Below, piece after piece: positions 14,236 to 25,743 of a stretch of 64,000 bases of DNA. Each line of letters begins with the position of its first letter. Position 1 is the first letter of the stretch. The notes below the pieces were generated by a model. It did not search any database and was not told the origin of the DNA. It was given only the letters and a program-made list of their open reading frames with translations. The position numbers and the translations under genes were made by a program. Source of the DNA: Fimbriosthenelais zetlandica (lineage: Eukaryota); assembly GCA_977030845.1 (NCBI GenBank), contig OZ365112.1:25048001-25112000 (forward strand). Reading direction: 5' to 3'.

Positions 14236-17200
14236 ATTAGGTGCTCCTACGTCTGACCTCCTACTGCGTTGTATATTAGATTTTCCTACAGTAAGGCTTG
14301 ACTCATAATACATGCCAGCATGACGTCTGAATGAAGAAACCTTTTGCTCATTAATTGCCAATATCACCTTGCTTTGAAGGGAGCTGTTTTCCTTTGTTAC
14401 AAAGGGTCAGGCTGTGACATTTGCACTGCCGCGTTCACAAGGCTTTCATATGCCATAGGAACAGCACCAAAGAAAATATCTTAAGTACCACAACCTGATT
14501 AAGCCCGGTTGTTTTAACAATTGTTCTTCTATAAAGGAGACTATAAATCATAGTTGGCTTTGATGAGCTCATTTCACTAATAGACGCGTGAGACCTTTTC
14601 TTTATCCTCAAACAAGAGGCCATTAACATCATTTCCTTTCGGGGCAAAAGTTCTTCATTCCTTGAAGTTCATTCATGAACTGTTGATGTTGATCTCGAGA
14701 AAGTGGAATAGAGAAGTGGAAAGACAGCGTCACACAGCTTTTGTGAACTGCAGGGCTTAACCTGGGGAGAACAATCTTGATTCATTGCATCGCAAAAAGT
14801 GTTATTTTTCCTAGTCCTTCATTAGCCTTGCTGCCAGCCACGGGAGCAGCGTTCAATAGAGTCTCTCTCAGGCCGAGCTGTTCGTCAGTTTCACTAACCA
14901 GTTCTTTTATATATACACTACTTCTCCTCATAATATGAGGCAAACAGAAACTATTGATATGTATGTACACACGTGTGTCCATGTCAATATTGGAATGGGA
15001 GAGACATGTTACCAACACTGACTCATCGATACCTGCCTGATCCACAAAGGTGTGAAAATCATTGTCAATTGATTCGCCACGCCTCTCCCATTGTTCACTA
15101 TTAGAGGTGAATAGTAGCGTTGTTGAAATAGCCAAGACCGATTCATCGATCTTTAAGTGTGCAGGCATTTGCTTTTCTTCACCTTTCTGGTGTTTACCAA
15201 CTTAACTTGGTGGTCGATGTAGAGGATCAGGCCCATCTATATATAAGGAGTCACAAGGCCTTGGGCTATGACAGATCCTGGAGAAGGAGCGTCATCTTAA
15301 TTGGAGGTATCAGTCCTGGGGTTCTGCGCCAGCATGCAGACACCACTCCCACACAATCTGTAGCCAGATGAATGTTTGAAAAGATTGGCTGGCCTCGTTG
15401 GATCGTGTGTCGACTTGGTGGGTATTATTACTGTGGACAGACAATCTGAGAGTTGTTAAGTATTCATAGTGGAGTAGCGATCAATAGGCCTCCTTCACTG
15501 ATCAATTACACCCACCCGGCTCACAATCAGTGGCGAAAGGCGAAAAATGAGACAAGTCCAGCTTGACACTGTCCTCACTTTATCTCAAATCCTTCTGATG
15601 TATTTGCCCTCGATTGTCGCGTTTCAATCCCCAAATCGCTTGGGATTTGTTGATATCATGATCCTTCTTGATAGAATCAATAGACGAATAGTTAAAGATT
15701 CCTTCCTTGGTCTTTTTGAAAAGCAGACAAAACACCAAAAGTAACTGGATATCCTCAATATACTATTTGATCCTTTGATTCAGACAGGATCTATTACTTA
15801 ACGAGTCTACACCATGCAAAATATATAACTCTCAGAAGATGTTTTCGGTGAAGGAACTCCTATAATATATCTAGTGGGCAGCCATGAGAGAGTCTTGTAA
15901 GTTGAATGTGACTTGTATACTTTAAAGCCATTTGAAGAAAGCAATCAAGATGATGTTTCATGCAGAGCTGACTAATGAGGCAGCCGTCTTGTTAATTAGA
16001 GAGCAGCTGATCCCTCCAGCTCCTATCAGGTGATTAGCATTATCACACTCTATAGTAGGGCCCTGCCAGATGGACAATGCTCTATCACTGCATGCCTAGC
16101 TTGCAAAATTATCCATGGCCCTGCATGCTGTGAGTGGAAACCTGGCGTTCTGTCACGCGGACGTTATGATGCCCGTGCATTGGTTTACCAGGACAGGAAG
16201 GACAGCCTGCTCTGTGACAAGATATCTAATATTTACTATAGGTTCACATTACCTCATGAATCATTTTTTTCACATCAAAACTCCCTATTAGTCACCGCTC
16301 TGACTTGAGAGAGTTCATTAAATGTAATCATGTTTCCAACATATTTATCACTGTTAACGTGCAAGACCCTTTGTGCAGAATAAATGAATACAAAAGAAAT
16401 ATTGGGTTTTGACGGTCATAAATTTGCTTTAAAAAACTGGAGCATGGCAAGGATAGGATCATGAGAGACATGAAAGATGCAATAACTTACGTCTTTATTC
16501 GGTCTTTGGATGATCGCTGGGCCCCCTACTTGCAATCACCCCTATGAAATATGCATTTAAATCTGGCAATGTACTATTGTATGTACCTTTCAATCACTCC
16601 CGAAATAGGTCCTTAGTGGCTCATAAAGAATAGAGTAACATGGGAATATGAAGCTAAGTGTAAAGCAAGTTGAAGCTCATAGGGAGCGTTTATTGCATGG
16701 ACCGCCTGCAGGCTTCTTATTGCAGCCCTGACAAAATGAATGGTCCCTCGATCGGTGCTTAATACATGACACTGTAGCCGGAAGTTGAATGGTCAGGTGA
16801 AAAGGGCATCTTCCGGTCAGCTTCCCTACCCGTCTTAACGCTTTCTACCCAGCCTGTTTCACGATCGTGCTTTCAAGGTGTAGTCGCCTTAATCTGGCCT
16901 GGTGATTTATGAATGTGGAGACTGGATAAGGCTAACCATGACTGGATGTGGCTGACCATGGCCTAAGTAAGATGAATTGACCAATGGTCATGACGCTTAT
17001 CTAAGCTAGTTTAGCGCCAGATAAATGATAACAATGGAAGGAGTCAATCAATACCACTAAGTTGTGTCTTTACAGAGGGCTAATCCTGCCCCAGACCTTG
17101 CCCTGGATAGCCTACGTCCAATACTTCATCAAGGCTGAAATCTCTGATATCACCCCCGCTAGGTCTTAAGGCCCTTATCAGGGCATCGTTAAAGGCCTCT

Positions 17201-17409
17201 GGCCTGGTCGCCCAATCCAAACGGTCTTAACACAATACTAGCACCTGGTGGAATGGAAGATAAGAGTTTAAGTGTATGGGTGAAATCAGACAGGCCTGTG
17301 TAGGCTACATCATCCCGACGTATATCCCTGATTATCCCGAAGGGATTATGTGATAGGATAATGGGAGCATTTGGGACACCCAAGCTTGCCTTTTACACTG
17401 TCTCAAAGT

Positions 17410-17670
17410 CCATCAAACATAATGTCAGAGCACTTATTCTATGTGCCTCAGAGTCGGACTTTCTTGTGCACAAACACAGTGTCGAAGACTCAAATTTCTT
17501 GGCATTCAGAAACAAAGCCGCAGAAGCTTGTTGCAGGCTTTCAAAAGAGTTCACTTTTTGTGTCATCTGCTGTGAAATATAACCCAGCATTTGAGAGAGA
17601 ATGTAAAATTGAAAAGTACTTTCAAAGTACACTATACTCGTTTAAACAAAACTTAAGAATCAAGTTTTAA
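17410..17670 (+). mobile_element. Possible decayed 3' end of a CR1/L2-group LINE ORF2
   Basis: The 99-aa ORF contains HLFYVPQSRT and ends YSFKQNLRIKF*, resembling the L-x-VP-x-x-RT ... FK-x-x-LK terminal motifs. The central LWN motif is absent. Confidence 0.25.
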
Positions 17671-18473
17671 GTGAAAATTACAGAAGACATCTTGTCCTAA
17701 ATCCAATCACAATCACTCACTCTTGCAAAGTCATGTTTACGTCAATCTAGAAAAAAGACACTTTTCATGTTAGGAGGTCTTAGAATCCATTGTTCCACCC
17801 AAAAAGAATGTCCAACAGCAAGATCAATCACCTTTTTGGAGAAGTTGAGATAATCCCATTCAATTGACGCAAAAACACAACCTATTATGGCATAATCAAA
17901 TCCCCAACAATGCCAGGCTCCCCAAACCTGATCCCCAAGGCACTTGCATCTGCCCCTGCAAAACATGCGCCTTGCATCTAGCCAACAATTACTGAAAGAT
18001 AATTCTATTTCCCTGGCCAATCAGTGAGCTCTTCAAACGTCAATTTTGTGGGTCAGAAAGAGAAGTGCAAACAAAAGTTCAACGTCGATGCAAAGTTCAA
18101 CATTGTTGCCACACGAGCAATTGATTTCTCACACTTTGAACACTGTAACGGTCGATGAATTTGACCGAGATGCTTTGGAATTGGTTCTAATTCCCACAAT
18201 AGTTGAATCCGAATCCCGTTGAAGTTTTCTTACATCTGGTTACTTTTTTTACAGCCGACCATTTTCTCCTCAACGCTCCTCTTTAGCATATCCATCGCGA
18301 AACAAAGATGGGCCTGATCAATACAATTTGATCATTTTCCTGAAACAATTCTCTTGCCTCGAGAAAAAAGCAAATTTGCCATCATGTTCGTGGGGGAAAG
18401 CAAACAACACACTACAAATTGATCATTTACTGATCGAAGCCTGAAATTGTCATAATAACAAGCCATTAAAAGC

Positions 18474-18498
18474 CACTTCCGGTTCCACGTCACTTCCG
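18474..18498 (-). promoter_or_regulatory. Tandem ETS sites flanking a CRE/E-box-like core; promoter-like
   Basis: CACTTCCGG 18474-18482, CCACGTCA from 18485, CACTTCCG 18491-18498. A minus-strand ATG at 18295 and a GTAAG donor at 18233 lie downstream. Confidence 0.45.
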
Positions 18499-18984
18499 TT
18501 TGCAACGGTTATGATTTTAAATAGTTCCAACGCGTGTAATTGCAGTATTAGGCACCAACAGCATTGCAATTTCACGCCATTATAATAATGGCCAGCTGTG
18601 AGGGCTAAAGGGTACAAAACACTCTTCATGGTTGCTTGATGGTGCCTGGTGAAAGAGGTATGGTCCATGTCAATGTGCAGCAGTGTGTTGAGATCTGACA
18701 TGGCAGGTGAGTATAGTCAGTTATCATTGACTACTGATCCACCACTCAATCTACACCAGTAGAAGCCTGAAGAGTCACATGAATGATACCTTGTGGACTA
18801 TGCCAGTGATACTTACCAATGTTCCACTCCTCCACTGTGTCTGTCAATTCACTGGCGCATCTAGGTATGATTGATTTTCCACTGAGACCTTACATGTGCA
18901 CTGGTTCAACTTCAACCATCCCCCAGGATGGTGATTCCAATTCCCATTTAATTAATTACCACTTCCTGATAGGTTCAACATCTT

Positions 18985-19128
18985 CAGGGTTGCCACAGTT
19001 CCGGGGAAAATCAGGGGAAACGTTATTTTTGCCAAGGTTATGGAGACGTCTGGGAATTTCCTTGTTGGTCAGGGAATTGATTTGTTTTTTTTAGGGAATT
19101 TGGCCAACCCGCCTTTGTGGCAACCTTG
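18985..19128. mobile_element. MITE-like non-autonomous DNA element with 12-bp terminal inverted repeats
   Basis: Starts CAGGGTTGCCAC and ends GTGGCAACCTTG (11/12 match to the reverse complement). Internal (A)GGGAA(T) motifs repeat. No intact TSD (flanks AACATCTT / ATTTTATC). Confidence 0.7.
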
Positions 19129-21780
19129 ATTTTATCCGTGAGTGTGTAAATTCTTGAGATATGAAGGTGTTATATTGATTTGGAGACACCCATATAATAT
19201 TATTCTGAGTTTCTAGTACGTCAAATGAGTACAAGCATCTTCCATACTGATTTTACCATGAGCCCAGACGTCAAATGAAATGTAACTGAAGAGGTGAAGA
19301 GATTAAGTGATAAAGGATTCAGGGATAAGTAGAGTATCTTGGATGTATATATCCCCATTTATGATCTACTACTGTATAGAGCTGGATGGATCCTGACATA
19401 TCAGATTTTCATTAAGAAAGAGTGTTGATTACTGTAGCTGTTGTGTAAACCCAATGGGACAATGTTTTCCCTCGCCTTGTTGCGACTTTACATCCCGCGT
19501 GATTTTATCGTTTAGTAATTAGCGGGTGCGATACTAATGTACCTGTCATTGCAAGAATGGTTTTTACACTTCATTGCATGTGCTAGAGAGCGGAAACATT
19601 AAACTCTGGTCATATATAATCCCACCTTAGAGCCGATACATATATATTTAAATGATAGAAACGCCACTTTTTTACCCTTATAAATATTAGACTATGTATT
19701 GTCCATGGATTAATATGTATCTCAGAGATAATGAGATTTTACTTGTTGGTCTCCCAAATATTCCCTGAAGACTAATTCGCCGTCCCCGGAGTTTGATGCA
19801 ATTTAAACTGGAGTATTACCTTTAGTAATATTATCATTACGTTCTCCCTGCATGAATAGATTGAAATTCTTCTGTAAAGGCAGTTACATAAAGTGCGTTT
19901 ATTTGTCTGTGGGAGTTCTTTGGCTCATTATAGAAGGCAAAAAGCTTGAAGGGTAAGGTATTGACATTGCTATAGAAAGACAAAGATGGAACGTCGCCTC
20001 CAAGGAGGTTTTTTTGCCCCTTCTTATTTACCAAGACACGCTTCTTTCTTTGCACCTTTTCTCCGAGGTGCTCGTCTATTGAAGTCCTCTCTTTTTGTGA
20101 TATATATAACACTAATCCTAAGCCTATGGGACCTGGAATGGAAACACAATTCTGAGTACAGTTAATCTACTTGGTGTATACTCGTTCACGTATCGAGATT
20201 CATCTGAAGCATGTGGTTTGGGATTTAATACTATTTATATAAAATCAGACTTAATATCGCTGATCATCTATATTATATATAGGTCTGACGCTGTGTCAAA
20301 TAACATTGTAAAGGATGTAGTTCGATCTTAACCGTGTTTGAAGCACTAATATACATACCCACCTGAAAAACAGTACTCTTCTGACACAGAAATTAAGTCT
20401 TTGGGACGTACATATACATTTAGACATGAATATCTCTTTGGCACAACCATGCCTCATGGGTATCTGCCTGCACAGCAATCTTAAGAGGGAATATCAGGGG
20501 TGAAAAGAACGTCTGTTGCATCTAAAACATGATGTATCTTTATGTTTGCCATGGAAGGTGATCTTGGGGAGGAGATGAAACCATGGATGATGTTATTACC
20601 TGGATATTGCTATGAATAATGAAGCAGTCAATAGTATGGCTATCATGCTACTTAATACAAGGCAGAACGATAAGAACACCACAATGGCCTTCATTGAATG
20701 GCCACCATCAGAGACACTGCTCGAGCGACATTCGAGATGGGAACAATTGATTCATTTATCTCGATGGCACTTCTCTCTTCATATGAGATTGCCCATGGAT
20801 CATTTTATAGCGCCATTTTGTGCCAATTGTCGTCATCGGGCAGCTACCTTTTAGCCTATATGTTACTGTTTTGGCCTTTCAGATTATCAGCGATATGTAA
20901 TACACTGATTTATTCCCATCAGTCTGTTTTGTATAGTCTCCGAAAGAGGAGTGCAAAATATGACATTGATTTGCCTAAATCATCGGGCCTACTGTGAAAA
21001 TTGTTCATGAATGTTCAAGGAAAACTGTTAGTCGATTTGTCTTCATAAGGAAGCAAATTGGTTCCAATCCTCCCAATTAATCTTGATTTGAATTAGAATG
21101 AAAGGCCAATAGGTCTTGCTTCATATTGGTCGTTTTCAAATTAATTGAACCAAATTTCAAATTCCCTTTTATGCGGCAACATAGAAATGGTGCTTGTTGG
21201 TTTATGACCATATGCAGGGCACGTCTCGCTGTCTCCTCTATAAGCAGAATTCATGACTGTATTGTTGGAGGGAATGATAAGCGGACAATCACTGTGCCTC
21301 GATGGATCAATCACATAGAACAAAAACGTATTGTTTCTAAAAAATTACATTATCGATCTCCCTAAAAGAAATGCTCCATCGAATTATGATTTATATGCCC
21401 ACTGCCCCAAGCTATTGGCAGGAGCTTTCAATATGTGAGGAAATACTGGCATGGTTTGGGGTAGGGATGACAGAAAAATATCACCAGCGAGATGGACTGA
21501 AAATTGAGGGTTGCCGACGAGAAAATGATACAGTGAACTATAATTATAATAGAATATTGATTCTCGATACTAAAGAAACAAGACACTCAAATGTAAATGT
21601 TTCTAAAATATTGAATAGTAACTTAAACTTATAATATGTATATATTAAGAAACATGAATCTTCACGAGCGGAAGTAGGCATACGATCCCTTTCAATCCTT
21701 CCTATGAGATATGGCTATGGACTTGTAATTTGACTTGGCTATGTATTTTATCTTTGCATCAAATAATATAAATTGTATCA

Positions 21781-21850
21781 GAGAAGATCAATAACAAGAA
21801 TGAGAGGCTGTCATCATGGAAGAATGAAGCGTCACGGAAGCAAGGTGTGT
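21781..21850 (+). mobile_element. Possible L1/Tx1 ORF2 remnant
   Basis: EKINNKNERLSSWKNEASRKQG resembles the KI-x-x-RL-x-x-WK-x3-LS-x-x-G motif. A stop follows. Confidence 0.2.
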
Positions 21851-24800
21851 GACGAACATATAGCAGAATGAAGGATGGAGCTGTCAATGGCCTTGTGTTT
21901 GTATTATACCGCCAGCCTAGAGTCATGGCACCATTGATAGGTGAAGTCTGGGGGTATAACATGTAATGAGGGATAGATCTCCACATCCTTGCCTCCATTT
22001 CAAACCAGCCACAGGCCGTGAAGATGGTTCAAACGATGCATCACTGCAGGGCAAGAAGTCATTGGTTGCTGCGACAAAATTGTATGACAGTTTTTTTCTT
22101 CATTATCCAAATCTTGAGCGTTGAATGTCTTCTAGCTAGTCTATTCTAGCCAGAAGTCTGTGGCTGGAGGTCTGCTCTTGGCCCTGGGGAAAACTACTGC
22201 TGCTTGGTGTCGCGCCATCCACAGAAAACTGCTTGAGTGGTGGCAATGGTGGTAGCTGTCAAGGATTGCGATGATCAGCAGAGCATGCGCCCTACAATTA
22301 AGGCTTCCCAAGGGCTTGCCACATAACACCATTGATTATAGCCCCCAGCAACACTGCCGATAAGGCCTTCGCAAACTGCTGCACTTGAGTATTATTTTTT
22401 TCCTGTCGATTTGCCCTTTTTAATTTTTCATTCATACCCCGAGGCCATCATAATCAAGTGGATGTCTGAATCCATTTTCCGCAAAAAACAGATCCTGTTC
22501 GAACGGCGGCGACATTGTCTTATGAATTGTCCCAATTGAATGGTTAGATTCTGATTGTTCAGTAATAGAGCTTATACACAATGACAGGCAAGCCTGATAT
22601 CTGGGGTATTAGGCTGCCAAAATAATTCCATGTAACTTGTCAAGCATGAAATGATTATCTAGATTAGCTGGGAATGGCTTATTGGTCTTTCCAGGAGACG
22701 AGAGCTGATCAATGAACCGGGAGCTCTTCAAAGGTCACTCTTATGATGAGACATATCAATCATTTTCATGGAAAGAAAATGTGATTTTGTCCAATTGCCA
22801 TATTGTTACCATGGACCCCTTGGGCCCCTAGTCCTTTAAGACACTTTTTGTCATCACTTACCCTGCAGCAGTCTGTTCAACAGAACATCACTTTTCATCC
22901 CTCGATTTTCTGCTTTCCTCGTTTCATAACTTCATCAAAAGCACTATTTGTTTCTCCCCTGGCTCCTCGTTTGTTATTCCATTTTAGTCTATTCGTCATT
23001 ATCTTTCATTGTTGGCCCATTACTATCGGTTTCTTCCATTGCCAACAGTGCATCAGAGCACCATGGGAGTAGAAATCATAATTGATCAGTTCCGATTCAT
23101 GATTTGTTTCTTTTACTCTCCTAACCTTCAACTATCGGTCATTGGTGAAGTGAATTGAAAATGGTACAAGCAGAAGTAATTAGATGTATGGGTGTTATCC
23201 TTTCACAACTCGTCATTCTGTTGGCCAACATTCATTTAATTTTGTCGCCAATCTCGGTGACTTGAAAAACACATTCAGTTGATATAGTAGGTCTTTCATT
23301 ATAAGGGGACCGTATTTGCTATGACTGATAATATCTTCCATGAATTGATTAACACGTATTCTGTCACTCTTTTCCAAGTAACCTTGAAGTTTGATTCCCC
23401 TCATTCATTTTTTTCTTGTTTCCCCATTGTTTTTATCCGGAACTTTTTTTCAAACAGTTATTCTGCTTCTTTATCCATTGACTTTTTGGAGCAGAGTTCT
23501 TTGTCACTCTGATTGTCAGTAATTCAATTTGGAGAGCTTTTTCCAGCCTTTAAACTGTTTAGCATTGATTTCTTTTAACTAACCACACATGACTTCTTTG
23601 TCATTTTATCTTTTTCTAAAGTTGTTTTATGGGTAGACTTTCAAACTGCACTTTTCTGTCTCCTCGCTGTGATCAATCTAATTTGTGATCATTTGAATTA
23701 TATACATCTATACCTTTTCTTCATAATAATCTGTTGATTTAAAGGTCCTTAAAGGTTAAAGGGAATTTAGGAAGCACACCGTGCTGAATAAATCCTTGTC
23801 TTTCTAAAGGATCGTGTCAAAGCTAGCTGTGCATTAATCATTGTATCTGATACATTGACGACCTGTTGCTCTGTTAAATCATCTACACTTCAAATGTTAT
23901 AGGGAGGTCGTGACATTTAATTACAAGTAAAGGATAATATCAGAAAGATTAGACTCCTAGTCTCTCTAATAATACAGACTGAGGTAAAATCGCCTCTCCA
24001 GATATTGTTAACAATTAATTGAATATATCCAGTGGACATAATAGGCACTTTTTGATACTTGTTGGATGTAAATGCAAAATAAATCGCATCAAGTAGTCTC
24101 ACTTGAGACTGACTTGATCTTTGGGGACTTGCATCCTTAACCTTGTTCCTTGTTAAAGTTATTCTGTACAGTGAACTACAGCATATACCTGGTTTTGTAT
24201 CAATTTATATATAATTACTGTCGTTTTGGAATAATGTAATACAGTATAAATAATATTTCCAGTATCTCAAGAAGAAAAACCAATTACTGTGGTTCAGCCA
24301 TTCAATGACAAAATTAATCGCTGGATTCTGTGTTGTTTGCTATAATTGTATTTATATTAAGGGACTCAAATACAGCACCTCTGACTGGTAAAGTTCTGTG
24401 GTAGATTAACCTCTTTGAAACGATCGGTGTATTCAGCCACCACAAAGGAAAATGTCCCCCAATTGTGGTCGGGCACTTTTCCTCATCCGCCCGCCTCCAA
24501 GTTTTGGGCCTTGTTACATCAATTAGATCAATTTTTTTGTCCTCTCTGAGAAACCAGGGTTGTGTTTCCCGATCTCACATTCTGATGAAAAACGTAGTAA
24601 AATCCCGCCCAGCTCTGCCATCGGTGTAAATACAAGTAACCAAGCATGGCCATCACAGAGGCCAGCTTCTATTGGTAAAAAGCTGCAAAATTGAAAAGCA
24701 TTGAAATTGGCTGAAAGCCCTCGAACTGAAACAATGCATTAAGTGAGGAAGATGAAATAAGGGCTTGAAATATTGGGCGCTGGGAAAGACACTTCCTCTT

Positions 24801-25637
24801 GAAGCTTCCGCTGGCGACATTTCATAGATGATGTTTAAGAACATGAGACGTGTCAACAGTGAAACAACATGGCTCAATGGAAAGATGGCAGTGATTTGTC
24901 ACTTGAAAAATTGACTCTGATAGTCACACATGTTAAGCCCATTGGTGGAAAGCAGCATCAGAAAGTGTGCCTTTTATCAGGATAATCTGTCTTGAAAGTT
25001 TCTCCCATAAAAAAATGGTCTATCTACATCGCAGTCGATACTGCAAGGTGAGTTTGCGATTAAGAAGGCCAGTGCTTTTCAATCTGTTGAAGGCAAAAAA
25101 AGTTATTTATTTATTTACGAGTGAGGTTTCTTATTATCAATCAGGCCTGTCAGGGGTATTGGTCTGGCTAAGCGTGTACATTGATTAAAATCATGATTTA
25201 ACTCGACAGTTTCATTCTTTACTATTTCCAATTATTACCGCAGTGCAGGGGTTCACTGATTCACATTGCCTCATAATATTGCGCTGATGTAGGATACTCA
25301 TCTAAAAAAAGTTCACCCTGCCTTATGCGTTTCAAAATTTGAGACAGGACTGAAATCAATTCTTTTACATTTTTCAAGATTCATATTTCCATGTCAATTA
25401 TGCTTTGATGATCACGACTTAGGTAAAATGTTTAGCATGCTTATACATTGCTACAGGCCTACAAAGAACAACAAGATCCATTGACAAAAACATGTAGTAG
25501 GTTGTGTGGCAACTCAGTTCTTATCTTACCCGGGTTACAGTTATCAATCGGTTGAATCCACTCGACACAGTGCCGGAACAAAGGGTGCCGGAGTTTATCT
25601 AGTGACGAGAGGAAAATGTGATTAGTGAAAATATTAA

Positions 25638-25743
25638 GTTGTCATGGTGACCGATGGGGGAGGCTGAACCAGGAGCGAGCAGTCATCAGGCTGGCACAGA
25701 AGGCATGTGATTTATAGTGCATGGGAGATGGGAAAGATGGCCG
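25638..25743 (+). promoter_or_regulatory. X-box-like plus YY1-like promoter islet
   Basis: GTTGTCATGGTGAC at 25638-25651 and AAGATGGCCG at 25734. Confidence 0.3.

Noticed and set aside
18074-18109. 18-bp tandem duplication (AAAGTTCAACGTCGATGC / AAAGTTCAACATTGTTGC)
   Set aside because: Only two degenerate units, an ordinary slippage duplication with no array or spacer structure, so not CRISPR-like.
20698-20997. Hydrophobic ORF with ILCQLS and FWPF, GPCR-like
   Set aside because: No DRY/NPxxY motifs or consistent TM spacing. AT-rich DNA readily yields hydrophobic ORFs.
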